Counted from the stretch's first letter, positions 15,918 through 28,649 are shown. The stretch: 64,000 bases of DNA from Lytechinus pictus (GCF_037042905.1 NC_087245.1:23562001-23626000), one strand, 5' to 3'. Notes: generated by a model not told the origin, from the sequence alone. Program-made: numbers and translations.

Positions 15918-17069
15918 ATGGATAAAAATGTAATTATTTTTTCTGCAATAACTGTATCTAGGTGGCCCTTTTCTAAAAACAGGGTCCTTGTCGCCTCCAT
16001 TTCATTTTTATTCTTAACGTTATTTCTATTGGCCAATGATGCACATACTACCCTATATTCTAGAAGGCATGAGTTACCTCTTACAAACAGGAACGGGGAT
16101 GAGGAGAGGAACGAATCAAAACAAGTTACAGTCGCAAATGTCTCCTGTAATGAATTAATGATAAACCATGGATGTTATCAAATTGCCCAAGGCGAACATG
16201 AAAAGCCAATGTACAAGCCACTGGACTTGACGAAGTTAATACGACTCAATTGTTCTAGAAGGGCGCCCTCTGCAATCGTAATAGGAACCAAGAAAAGTGG
16301 CACGACGACGCTCAAGAACTTTCTAAGTTATCATCCAGATGTTGCGTTTGCGGAGAAAGAACTGAAGTTCATCAACAATAACGACCTCAGTGATTTAAAT
16401 AAGTACATAGCCGTAATGCCATACTCGACACCTCACCAAATAACCATGGAAAAAACTCCAGGATACTTCATTCGTCTTAAGGTGCCCAGTCGAATAAAAA
16501 GTGCCATTCCCAATGTGAAATTGATCGTCATTATCCGCAATCCCGTCAATCGCGCCATCTCAGATTTCGTGCACATGAGATACAGTGATGAAACGCGAGT
16601 TGGTGGTGCAAAATTGCTTAAAAGATCACCAAAGCCCGGGATGATTAGGTATGAAGTTTCTCAAACGTTTAGAGAATCCGTGCTTTTTGAGAATGGCTCT
16701 GTCAGGGAGAACAATGCACTCATCGACACTGGTATCTACGTTAAATATTTTCGCATGTGGCTTCAGTACTTTCCTTTGGACCAGTTTCTTATCCTTGACG
16801 GGGAGGAATTCGTCAAAGCTCCAACTCCCACCATGCACCGTGTGGAATCCTTCCTGGATATCAGACCATTTTTCACGGAGGACCACTTTTATTTTAATGA
16901 AGAGAAGAAGTTCCACTGTTTGAAAAAACCGCTTAATACTTGTATGTCGAAAAATAAAGGAAGGCCACACCCCTACGTGGATGAAGATGTCATCGAAAAG
17001 TTAAATGATTTTTATGCGCCCTTTAACAAGAAATTAGAAAAGTTGTTAAACAGAACGTTTTCATGGTAA
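15918..17069 (+). CDS. Heparan sulfate glucosamine 3-O-sulfotransferase (HS3ST1)-like Golgi sulfotransferase, paralog 1 (383 aa, single coding exon)
   Basis: Uninterrupted ORF from ATG 15918. N-terminal signal anchor VLVASISFLFLTLFLLA; 5'-PSB IGTKKSGTTTL; HPDV..EKELKF; MPYS...MEKTPGYF; 3'-PB IRNPVNRAISDF; C-terminal FYFNEEKKFHCL..CM..KGRPHP..FSW, colinear with 3-OST-1. Polypyrimidine/AG acceptor at 15541-15559 suggests an upstream non-coding exon; AATAAA at 17319. Confidence 0.9.
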   Translation: MDKNVIIFSAITVSRWPFSKNRVLVASISFLFLTLFLLANDAHTTLYSRRHELPLTNRNGDEERNESKQVTVANVSCNELMINHGCYQIAQGEHEKPMYKPLDLTKLIRLNCSRRAPSAIVIGTKKSGTTTLKNFLSYHPDVAFAEKELKFINNNDLSDLNKYIAVMPYSTPHQITMEKTPGYFIRLKVPSRIKSAIPNVKLIVIIRNPVNRAISDFVHMRYSDETRVGGAKLLKRSPKPGMIRYEVSQTFRESVLFENGSVRENNALIDTGIYVKYFRMWLQYFPLDQFLILDGEEFVKAPTPTMHRVESFLDIRPFFTEDHFYFNEEKKFHCLKKPLNTCMSKNKGRPHPYVDEDVIEKLNDFYAPFNKKLEKLLNRTFSW

Positions 17070-17815
17070 TGGCTTGTGATTTTGTCTGCAAGTTTTGTAA
17101 GAATGTTATTAACCTTTTTTATATCTTATTACTGTGCACTTTCAGATGGGATCCTTGAATACTTTCGATAGTTTGAGCCCCTTAGTTTTGAATGAATGCT
17201 TTAATTTGCATAATGCTAGCCCATCAGGACCGGAGTGATAATCAGAAAATTGCTCATAGATTTAAAACCTGTAACGTTAGTAAATGTATAGAATATTTCT
17301 TTTTTCAATTCACTAGTAAATAAAATGAAAAAAAAAGAATGTGGGAAAAAACAAATATATATATATCCATGAAAACCATTTCTCAAGGGATTTATGAAGA
17401 TACAATATTCTAATAGTTTTTTTTTATATACAATTACGAAATATTCTAGTTTCAAATGTCTTTTATTATAAAATAAAATAACATGACTAAATTAGCTACT
17501 CCAGATTCTGAGTATGACATTTCTACTTCAAATGCATCAGATGATCATACAGTCACCATTTTTTATTATTTTTAGATGAACAAATATAAAGATAGTCAAT
17601 TGACTCTATAAGACTATATTTTTTACCAGACTAGCTTTAGTGAGTGTTTGTATGTGTATAACGATAATGCAATGTACGTTATTTAAGAATACCATGTGAA
17701 GTGTGTGAAAATAATCTATGAGATATTTTGTGAATGTAGGATTTCAGATTTAAAAGAACATTTTCTGAAGGTTTTCTCATCAAGAACGAGAGTTTGATTT
17801 CACGTCTTACATCTT

Positions 17816-20002
17816 TTAAAGGGGAAGCTCACTCTGACAAAAAGTTTATTGTAAAAATAGAAGAAAAAAATTATTAGTAAAGGTTTAAGGAAAATCCATC
17901 AAAGATTAAAAAAGTAATTAGAAAAGTAATTAAAATTTTATTTCGTTTTTATTTGTGACATCATTATGCGAGCAGCTTCTTCGTTATAGTATATCGTGTG
18001 GTAAACAAATCAAATAATTTTCATTTTCTAAAAGAAAGAAAAAAAAACAAATCAAATAATTTTCATTTTCTGAAAGAAAGAATAAATAATAATCATGACC
18101 CATAAAAAAAATGAAATTTATGATTTTTATATAATTGAGCAGCTGCTCTACATGTATATGACGTCACAATTCGAAAACATAAAGTTGTAATAACCTCTTA
18201 ATCTTTGATAGATTTTCCTCAAACCTTCATCAATATTTTTTCTCATTTTGTCTGGATTTTTACCCAAAAAAAAAATTTCTTCAGGGTGAACTTCCCCCTT
18301 GATATCAATGGTAGTATTCATTTCTGATGTTAATGAAAGGAAGATTCATGCATAGCTTAGCGGACGGTCTGCCCCTCCTGTCATCATGGTGTCAGTTGGG
18401 CTATTCCAGGCTACAAACAAGTGACCCACAACAATAGCAGGGGCCTGGGAACGATTTTTGAAGGGGGTGCTGGTTTATGACAAGCAAATTAGGCGGAATT
18501 TGAAAGGGATGGTCCAGGCTGGAGATATCTCAATAAATACAGTAACATTCACAAAGCAAAATGCTGAAAATTTGATCAAAATTGGATAACAAATAAACGA
18601 AGTTATTGAATTTTTAAAGATTTGCATTATTCCGGTGAAACAGTTAATCATGGCATGTTGTCATGAATATTCATAAGGAGGGCTGATGATGTCATATCCC
18701 CACTTGTTCTTTTGTATTTTTTCATATGAAATTAGGATTAATAAAAAAAAAATTACCAAGAACTAATACAATTGGATTGACAACTGATTAAATGCATTAG
18801 TTATTTTATTGCCGCAACTTATGTCATCATAATGGACAAATGGAACAATTATGATTTCATGGAATAACATAACAAAAAGGAAAGTGGGGATGTGACATCA
18901 TCAGACCACCTAATGAATATTCATGACGACTGTTTTCACAAAATATTGATAAATTTTAAAATTCAATAACTTCGTTATTTGTTATCCGATTTTGGATGAA
19001 ATTTTCAGCATTTTGCTCTGTGAATTTTATTCAATTTACTTAGATATAAATATTTTCAGCCCGGACCATCCCTTTAACTGTCTTCAAACCTATTGTGGCC
19101 AAATTAATATCCAGACTTATAAAATTCTATTTCTGTGATTACGTGAATGATATTGTGTAATGCATTCTGATTACATTTAGCCAAGAAACTGTGAGAAAAC
19201 ACCTCATTGTTGTTGCATGGATGGCATAATATATCAGGTGGAAATGTGATTAATCATTGTGCATGCAATCACATAAGCTTTACGGTGTGCAAGGATTGTG
19301 ATGTACACTATTATCTCAGGGAATTTATATCATCCTTATCTGTACAGTTATGCAATGATTATGCGGATCTCGAACCATTGATGTGTTCGTGGGTTTGTCG
19401 CACCTTCTAGAATGTCGATATTCATCAAGATACTGGCCCGTTCGAATTTGATGAAGCTTTGTGACCTGAAGATCATGAATATTCAGATGTGATATTTATT
19501 TTATTCGAATTAAAGGAGAAGTTCGCTCTGACGATAAGTTGCTTTCACAAAAATCATAAAATATATTAGTGAAGCCTTAAGGTTTTATGAAAATTCATAA
19601 GAAACAAGGGAATTAGTAATTTGATTTGTGACGTCACATGCATGGAGCATCTCGTCATGTAATATAAATTCCATTATTCATTTTTTTTTAATGGAACAGG
19701 CAATGATGAATATATTCTTCTTATAGAAGAGGGTATGACGTGATGTGGCCCATGACAATATCCACCGCGCAAATAAAATCATTTTCATTTTTTTTCTTTG
19801 AAAAATGACTTTTGAAAATTCATATCACACGACATACTTATAGAGGGGCTGTTCGTTTGAGGCGTCATTTGATCAAAATTTTATCAAACTTCATAACTCC
19901 TTTATTCTTTGTCCGATTTTCACCAAACCTTCACCATTATCTTCCCTTCATTTTTCTACCTTTTTAAAACCATCTTGTCGTCAGGGTGAAGTTCGCCTTT
20001 AA
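17816..20002. mobile_element. Three adjacent Kolobok/T2-type MITEs (17816-18302, ~18500-19077, 19510-20002) downstream of paralog 1
   Basis: Paired ends: TTAAAGGGGAAGCTCAC/GTGAACTTCCCC; AAGGGATGGTCCAGGCTG/CAGCCCGGACCATCCCTTTAA; TTAAAGGAGAAGTTCGCTCTGACGA/TCGTCAGGGTGAAGTTCGCCTTTAA. Confidence 0.75.
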
Positions 20003-20539
20003 CACGTTACCATGGTTACCATTTCAGAGATATATGGAACTCCTTTTATATGTGTGCGTTGGAAAACAAGAAAAGTGTGTAATTTTTCGAATTGAACAAA
20101 ATATGATGACTTGGCTGAATGTTGATGATCCGGGTTATTCCAATTTCCATTGATAGATTTAGACTGTAAAAACGCTGTTTAAAATTTTAAGCACATTGTT
20201 GAAGCCCGTCACTCTAACAACTGCTGTTTAAACTTTTCAAACAACTGTTTTTAACAAGTTATTTAAAAAGTTTAAACAATTACAAAAAAGTTTAAACAAC
20301 TTGCTGTTAGAGTGACAGGCTTAAACAACATGCTATTTTTTTAACTGTGTAAAATATGTAGCTATGTCAGATTGTGCCTTTGTATAGCTCTAGAATTGAC
20401 GTTGGCAAGCACGTCTAGCGCATGATCAGGAACAAGTGCAAAATGGCCATATTATTGTTATTATGACAACAATGATGATCATCATCATAAATATTATCTT
20501 TTTTATTCTTACAATAATAGTAATAATTATAATGATGGT

Positions 20540-23401
20540 CATGGGCGGAAATCCCAGGGGGGACAGGGGGGACGTGTCCCCCCTACTCAAAATAGTAGGG
20601 GGGGACACAATATCAAATGTCCCCCCTACTATTTTTTGTCTTTTATGATGGTAAGAAATACATCATTCTAAATCGAAATAAAATATGTATTTTGGGACGA
20701 GTTGGGACGATGACCGTACTTTTGGGATGATAACCTTTTTTTTGCTTGTCAAGTTTTCCGCCCCTTGTCCCCATAGGCGGATCCAGGGGGCCGAGCCCCC
20801 CCCCCCCCCCACTATTGTCGGAGCAAAAAAAGAAGAAAAGGAAAGAAAGAAGGAAAAAGGAAAAAGGAAGGAAAAGAGAGGAGAAAAGGAAGAGGACGAC
20901 GAGTGCGCATAAAATAAGATGAGGGGAAGGGAAGAATCTTTCGTGCCACTATGTACAATTTTCGCTCGCGCTTCGCGCTCGCATTGCCTGTTAGGTGATT
21001 TACATATCTTACTCAATATGGAGCTTAAATATCAAGTTTGGAAGTCAATATACAAAACATATTTCACCTCGGAAATCGAACTTTCATTATTTTGTGTGAT
21101 TTACAATTTGATTTTTTAAAAGTGCTCTGTAAAAATGTCAGTTTTATGGTCTGAATAATTTTATCAACATTTGCTGCTTGCGCTGCGTGCTCGCAAATTT
21201 TGATTTATCAGGTACCTATTATTTTCGTGTATTCCATAAAGTTTTCAAAATATCCCTTTTCAGGTCTGATTGTCAAGACGTATCAGCTAGCGCTGCACGC
21301 TGGCATTTTGATTGGCGAGTTATGTATGTTTCAATATTGATTATACAACAAACTACTTAAAATCCCCTTTTCATGACAGTTTAACAAAAATTTTAGCTCG
21401 TGATTTGCGCTCGCATTAATGGTTAAAAATATATTAATTGATGCATCCTATTCATAATTACAAAAGTGAAATGCCCAGTTTTTATGCCATAATATCATCA
21501 GATTTCGCGCCCTCATTAGGCATTAATAAATATGATATTAATTTAATAATTCAATTGTCCCTTTTGTTTCATCTCGCGCTTAGCAAGAGGAATAGGAAGA
21601 TAGTCATCATTTTCATGACATGTCGTAAGGATGTCCCGGTCCTATGTCAAAACTCAAAGTAATAATAATGAAAATTTTAGCTCATTTTTTTAAGTGCGAT
21701 CCATATCCACCTTACAATTTTCCTACAAAGCGCTCGAAATATAAAGCTGTAATTGACTCTTTTCAGATCGGAATATCAAAGTTTCATGATTTTCATGATT
21801 AAAGATGTATTTAGAATGCCTAGATTCTAGGTCTAAATATGAAACACGCGCACGCATGTTTATTCAAATACTCAACTTAATCTCTTTTCAAATTACTATC
21901 AAGTTTCAGATCACAATATCAAAAATTTTCTGCTCGCCCTTTGTGCTCGCATTATTAATGTAGGAAACCCCCTATTACTCATCCTTTTCATGATTTACAA
22001 AACATTGATTTTGATTGATTTATTTTATTTAAACACGGTAAAAAGCCCTCAGCCTATGGCTGTTTACAAAACATGAACAGAGTGGTCAATTTTTAGGTCT
22101 AAATCTCGGTTTTTTTCTGCTCGCGCTTCGCGCTCGCATCAATTGTTGAATTATATAGCTATCCTGTTCACGATTACAAAAATTGATTAAATTTTCCATT
22201 CTTTCTTTAGAAATTTTCAGCTCGCGCTTCGCGCTCACATTTTTTGATTGTTGAAATATGTAACGCCTTCATGGCTAAGTGCAAGCAGTCCTTAACAAGT
22301 ACCTTTTCAACAGGTACCAGTTCAAAACGTATATAAAGATTTTCTGCTCGCGCTTTGCGCTCGCATTATTAATACTCATCCTTTTCATGATTTATAAAAC
22401 ATGAATAGAGTGTCTCGTTCAGTAAATATTATAGGACTAAATCTCGAAATTTTCCGCACGCGCTTCGCGCTCACATCAATTGTCTGCTTATATACCTATT
22501 CTGCTAGAGTTGCAAAAAGTGCTTAGAATTTTTAGGTGAAAATGTAAAAAAAAAATCAGCTCGCGCTTCGCGCTCGCATTATTTGATTGTTAAAGGTAAA
22601 TGCTAGTTTTGGTAACGATATCAAAATGAGTTCGTACAGAATCCAATGAAATGACCACCAAAGTGTCTGTTTGTATAAATAAAACGCATGTGCCAAAGGA
22701 TTCTGGAAGAAATTGTGTAATTGCTGAGAAATCAGCAAATAAGCACAGGATTCGGGTAGAGCGTCGGGCCCGACGCTCAAAGCAATAATTATACACAGTC
22801 CCACGTGCGCTTATCTGTGTTGGGGAAGTTCAGTCTGAACATTTTTCAGCGTAGATTTCAAGATTTTACAAAGTTCAGTTTATGTAACTGTACCAGATCT
22901 AGATCCTCGATGATATACTGACAATTAAGCCTGGTTTTACAGACTTTCTCATGAAATCAGTGTTTACTGCAACTACTGGAATTTCTCTTTAAATGCTAAC
23001 TGCACGCAGTCTTTAACAGGTATCTTTTCAATCAGTTCATTTCTGCTCGCGCTTTGCGTTCGTAGTAATTATTAAGTTGCATACACATTTTTTTTCAGGA
23101 TAACAAACATTGCCCAGAATGTTCAAATTTTAGGAAAAAATACATAAAATTTCCAAAAAATTAGCTTGCGCTTCGCGCTTGCATCATATAAATAAAAATT
23201 ATGATATTATATATGCATTTATAAGAATAAAGCTAAGAAGTGACTAATGAGGACTACCCCTTCAAAGAAACAAACACATATCATCTTCGAGCTGCCGATC
23301 GGGGAACTTGGCTGAAACAAATTTCCGCCCCCCCCCCTATTGGCGAAGGCTGGATCCGCCCCTGTGTCCCCCCTACCATTTGGGAGAGATTTCCGCCCCT
23401 G
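20540..23401. mobile_element. hAT-type MITE containing a nested 2.6-kb hAT-type element (20772-23364)
   Basis: Outer: TSD ATGATGGT (20532-20539, 23402-23409), ends CATGGGCGGAAATC / GATTTCCGCCCCTG. Inner: CATAGGCGGATCCAG / CTGGATCCGCCCCTG with TGTCCCC flanks and repeated GCTCGCGCTTCGCGCTCGCA motifs. Confidence 0.85.
22590..22992. mobile_element. Kolobok/T2-type MITE nested in the hAT element 20772-23364
   Basis: TTAA|AGGTAAATGCTAGT...ACTGGAATTTCTCT|TTAA (imperfect TIR); it interrupts the host element's ~110-bp periodicity. Confidence 0.6.
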
Positions 23402-24099
23402 ATGATGGTGATGATGATAATAATGATAATAATAAAGTATTATTATATTATCATCATCATCAATATTTTTGTTATCATCTTCAGCATTAATGGTACTTGT
23501 GTTATCATGAAACAGTATTGTTATTTATCATTGTTTTATTAATGTTATTTTTTTATCGTTCCATGGCCCTACATACATATTGGGGAGTGTATGACATTTA
23601 TATCTAAATAGTTACTTCTATTTGTTTTTAAGTAGTGATATTCAAACATTTTTTTGTACATGTATATCATTTTTTTCCTTATCAAAATCGGGAAGCATAT
23701 CATTAAGAACATTTTTTTTTAATCAGCAGGTTATGTTCCGAATTTTTCAACGTGATTTGTGGGCCTGTAAAAAAATTTCCGGGGGGGGGGGGGTCATACC
23801 CGTTTGAAATTATATAGTTCTCGAACATCATCTTGATGTGCAATATAAATTTATGAATATATTCTGTTTCTTGGCAATCTATATTCAAATTCGTATATTA
23901 TTTTAATAACACGGGATGTGATTACTTACATATATGTAATGAAGTCGTAATGTTGGACAGTGTTTTATCTTTCGTTTGTTACAAGTAATGACGATCTTGT
24001 TCTTGATGTATATGTGCACATGTATTTGATTGTAATAAATAAGTATCAAAAGTGTTATTTTTTTGTTCTTTGCACTTATATATTTTTGACAGAATTTAA

Positions 24100-24303
24100 A
24101 TTCAGCCATGGCGTAATTTCCTTCAGCAAGAAACTGATCCACAATGTGCTGCACTCAACCCAGGTGAGGTAAATGGGTACCGGTAGGAAGTAATTCCTTA
24201 AAAAGCTGTGTGCGCTATGAACGCCTAGCTTAGCCGGGTAATATAGGAGCGCCTTGAGCACCTAACAAGGTGGATATGTGCGCAATATAAATACCCTATA
24301 TTA
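24100..24303 (+). mobile_element. SINE, 5'-truncated (central domain + L2-like tail)
   Basis: CCTTCAGCAAG..CACTCAACCCAGGTGAGGTAAATGGGTACCGG..GAGCGCCTTGAGCACC..GCGCAATATAAAT; near-identical reverse copy at 26090-26296. Confidence 0.7.
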
Positions 24304-24464
24304 AATATAAACACTGCTTTATGGTGTTCGAGTACTTAGTACAACATTCAAACCAGTGAAATGTGCAAGAAACTAAACATGCTACCCGATCAAGGGGCCG
24401 TTTCCCCACACCCAGTGCCATCAAATCTGTATCCTTCAGCTTGCTTCGGTCATGACAAACCCTG

Positions 24465-24735
24465 GGCCCCGTCTTACAAAGAGTTGCGATTGATCCGATC
24501 AATCGTAACTATGGACGGCCAGCAACGTCAACATATAAAATGCTTGTTTGTTCAAAACAAATTCTAGATATGAATGTATATCCATAAATTCAGTGCTTTC
24601 TTGACAATTTGGTGTGTTCTTCTTTGTTAACAAAGGACATTTTAAAAGTTTCCTGTAGAAAAAATTATGACACTGATGGATTTCCATAGAGTTACGATTG
24701 ATTGGATTAATCATAACTCTTTGTAAGACGGGGCC
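24465..24735. mobile_element. PIF/Harbinger-type MITE
   Basis: CTG|GGCCCCGTCTTACAAAGAGTT...AACTCTTTGTAAGACGGGGCC|CTG; 3-bp TSD. Confidence 0.8.
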
Positions 24736-25080
24736 CTGGTGTTCCACTTGGAAGTCTGTTCGGTCCCCTGTTATTCCAGTTGTTTCTCCTCTGTAATTAC
24801 ATCGTCCATCACAACAGTCTTCGTGCCTGTTAACATTTATTACCATTCTTTTAAACACATGAAATCTTTACTAACCTTTTTAGAAATCCACATTTCTCAA
24901 GAAGAACAAAATCACAAAGCAGTAACTTCTTCATAAATTGCATATGGCGGCCTTCCCGCACAAAGGTCGTTAACGCGCACTGCACGTCGCCTTGCCGCGA
25001 AAGGGCCGTTATCGTGCAGTGAACACTAAGCGCTAACGGTTTTTGTGCGGGAAGACGAAGTAAATACTATGTATCCACTT

Positions 25081-25082
<2 letters not shown>

Positions 25083-25114
<32 letters not shown>

Positions 25115-25122
25115 TTCGGGAA

Positions 25123-25177
<55 letters not shown>

Positions 25178-25195
25178 GTATGTATATAATATATT
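25083..25195. repeat. (TA)n microsatellites
   Basis: Direct reading; another (TA)n lies at 39898-39957 in the LINE 3' UTR. Confidence 0.9.
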
Positions 25196-25303
25196 TGTTT
25201 GTTTTATAGGGTATTCATGTTTCTATGTAATACTGAATGATGATATTTAGGGAATATTGGATGGCCTTGAGTGGGATGCGAAGAAATATTGTACGAGCCG
25301 AAG

Positions 25304-25783
25304 AACAATATTTCTACGCATCCCACGAAAATTGTTCATCCAATATTATTATTATTATTTAGATACCCCCACAAAGCCAAACATAAGGTAATGAAGCAAA
25401 AAAATATTCTTAGTAAATGTGTTTATACATTCTCTCTTATCTTATTGAAAAAAAAAAATCAGCGAGTAACAATATTTCTACGCATCCCACGAAAATTGTT
25501 CATCCAATATTATTATTGTTATTTAGATACCCCCACAAAGCCAAACATAAAGTAATGAAGCAAAAAAATATTCTTAGTAAATGTGTTTATACATTCTCTC
25601 TTATCTTATTGAAAAAAAAAATCAGCGAGTAACAATATTTCTACGCATCCCACTAAAATTGTTCATCCAATATTATTATTGTTATTTAGATACCCCCACA
25701 AAGCCAAACATAAAGTAATGAAGCAAAAAAATATTCTTAGTAAATGTGTTTATACATTCTCTCTTATCTTATTGAAAAAAAAA
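25304..25783. repeat. Three near-identical ~164-bp tandem repeats
   Basis: Units start AACAATATTTCTACGCATCCCAC at 25304, 25468 and 25631. Confidence 0.95.
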
Positions 25784-26089
25784 TGATGTAGAGCATATTA
25801 AGATTTTTTTATTTTGGAATTCCCTCCATAAAGATATTCAACAGGCCCCCTCCATCCACTCCTTTAAGAGAAAACTAAAAATATTTATGTTACTGTCTTG
25901 CCAAAGTAATTAATTAGTTTGTATATTTTTAGTATTATCCGATCTAAGGACGCTATTAAGTCACACTCTCTTTGATCCACGTTTGCACTCTCCTTGTCCC
26001 CCCTCACTCTCTGTATTTTCACAGAAATCGAAGAAAACTGGCGGTTTATGTTGCGTTAGTATCACTAGCTGCTTAATTAAACATTGGCT

Positions 26090-26296
26090 ATTAATAATAA
26101 TAATAATAATAATATAGGGTATTTATATTGCGCACATATCCACCTTGTTAGGTGCTCAAGGCGCTCCTATATTACCCGGCTAAGCTAGGCGTTCATAGCG
26201 CACACAGCTTTTTAAGGAATTACTTCCTACCGGTACCCATTTACCTCACCTGGGTTGAGTGCAGCACACTGTGGATCAGTTTCTTGCTGAAGGAAA
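26090..26296 (-). mobile_element. SINE, 5'-truncated, with (TAT)n tail
   Basis: Reverse complement of 24117-24303 (one substitution seen), followed by a (TAA)n/(TAT)n tail at 26090-26113. Confidence 0.7.
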
Positions 26297-27079
26297 CTAT
26301 TAAACTTAAAGATGATCGTAATCTCATTAGAGATCGCGGGGATCCTCGGGGCCACGGTTCACTTTGTTATTAGGAAGCTTTGCAAACACCTCGCAGGCGC
26401 TGTCTGGAACGAAAAAAATCTATTGTCAATACCGCTTCATGACAAAGGAGTTATTGTCGAAAATTGGTGAATCAAAAAAGTAGTGTCGTCTGTGTCTCTG
26501 GACAAACGACATATTTGCAATTTTGTCAGCTCCAAAACTTACGACGATCAGCTGTCCCGCTTCACTAATTTTCGACAAAGACCTCCCAGCTATATATTGC
26601 GATTGGACAGACATTTTCAATAGATTTATTATCTTGTAGAATCCGTTCACGTTGCAATTTGCGAAAACTCGCTAATACCAGCTCAAAAACGGAATTTTCC
26701 GGAATTCGTGAGCAAAATAATGAAAAATACTGATTTTCATGAGTTGCATGAAGGGCTGTGTAAAGTTCACATTCGAATCATAATTTTCTTTTATATTGAA
26801 CAATATAAAATTTCGTCATTACGCCGTTGCGCAAATTTTTTGACCGCGCCGCTGGCAGACTTTTTACTTTGAAGTCTTGCGCATCTTTTGAGACCCGGTA
26901 CACGGTTCCGAAATACGCAACATTTTTAAAGTGCATGTCAGACCCAAAATCCCTGATACCAGACATGGTCGCAATGACGTCTTAATGACGTCGTAATCTT
27001 GTCGTACTCGTCGTACGTCATATATACGACGTCTTTATGACGTCATTATGACCACTTTAAACTTCAAGTTTATCTTGCA

Positions 27080-27670
27080 TTTTTATATGACCAGATCATG
27101 ATGTGATTATGACGTCATTAATTGACCAGTCAATGACGAGTAAATTTACAGTTTTGCATGACCAGAATATGACGTGATTATGACGTCATTTATTGACAAA
27201 TCAACGACAAGTTAATTTACAATTTTATATGACCAGATTATGACGCGATTATGACATTATTAATTGACCAGTCAATGACGAGTAAATTTACAGTTTTGCA
27301 TGACCAGAATATGACGTTATTATGACGTCATTTATTGACAAATCAACGACGAGTAAATTTACAGTTTAATATGACCAGATTATGACGTCATTATGACGTC
27401 ATTAATTGACCAGTCAATGACGAGTAAATTTACAGTATGCATGACCAGATTATGACGTGATTATGACGTCATTTATTGACAAATCAACGACGAGCAAATT
27501 TACATTTTTTATATGACCAGATTATGACGTAATTATGACGTCATTAATTGACCAGTCAATGACGAGTAAATTTACAGTTATGCACGACCAGAATATGACG
27601 TGATTATGACGTCATTTATTGACAAATCAACGACGAGTATATTTACAATTTTATATGACCAGATGATATA
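27080..27670. repeat. 71-bp minisatellite (~8 units, alternating A/B types) rich in TGACGTCA
   Basis: ATGACCAG recurs at 27087, 27158, 27229, 27300, 27371, 27441, 27513, (27584) and 27655. Confidence 0.95.
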
Positions 27671-27826
27671 ACGTCATGATGACAACATTTATACATACAA
27701 CACATACGTTTTCAAAATGTTCCCTAAATGTTTTCTTTAGCCTATATAGGTTTTGTAGGTCGTCGTCGAAAACGGACTATTTGACAATATAACCAAAACA
27801 TGTTTCGAGTGAAGACTAGTCGCCAA

Positions 27827-28132
27827 CAGTAGCGTACCCAGGATTATCCACAGGGGGGGGGGGGGGGGGCAAAACCGTCCGCCAAAAAATTTGACAAGCA
27901 AAAAAAAAAAAAAAAAGAAGGTCTTCAACCACAAATATAGGATTTCGAACCCGAAAAAAAATTGACAAGCAAAAAAAAAAAAGGTTTTCAAGCTCGTCAG
28001 GGGGGCAAAAAATGTCTTCAGGGGGGGGGGCAAAAAGGTCTTCAGGGGGGCAGGGATACGTCCTTTGCATGGGTTGTGACTCGTCGGAGGGGGGGGGGGC
28101 AGACTGCCCCCCCCCCCGTAGGTACGCTAGTG
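27827..28132. mobile_element. hAT-type MITE
   Basis: Exact 8-bp TSD GTCGCCAA (27819-27826, 28133-28140); ends CAGTAGCGTACC / GGTACGCTAGTG. Confidence 0.85.
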
Positions 28133-28649
28133 GTCGCCAAGAGCTGTGTGTCCGATCGTCAGCGCGGGGGGGGGGGCTTAAATTGACCACCAGTATATCC
28201 AAGTCAGAAATAGCTCAGTTCAAATATGGTTAAATCAATCACATTGAGACAATTCACACGCGATCATGTCCACATTTATCAAAATTTATTGAATGATTTC
28301 TTACTCGAAGACATTATTGTTATCAATTCAATTTCATTTGCTATAATATGGTAATATAATTTATAATAATAATAATAAACTAAGTACGGCCTTCGATCGG
28401 AGGTTTGGTGAAACAATGGTCCCCTCAGTGACGCGAATGCGACCATTTTCCTTCGTGGCTGCTCTTCATGAAAACAAAATCGCATTTTGGCGTCACTTCG
28501 GGAACCATGCATATAGTTCGAACCACCTCCTCTTATGTCCATACATACGTTTTCATTTAAATATGCTGTGAAAGAAATTTGTATCCATATCTACGAGAGG
28601 ATATTGTCATCTGTTTCCATTCTCTTAGACTTTTGCTATGCTATCTAAT

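Noticed and set aside
24076..26373. Duplicated small ORF MLKALLYYPAKLG... (24076-24261 and 26152-26373)
   Set aside because: Antisense translation of the two SINE copies.
27080..27670. CRISPR-like array (also 25304-25783, 42800-43400, 54900-57045)
   Set aside because: Whole units repeat with no unique spacers, there are no cas genes, and the context is eukaryotic.
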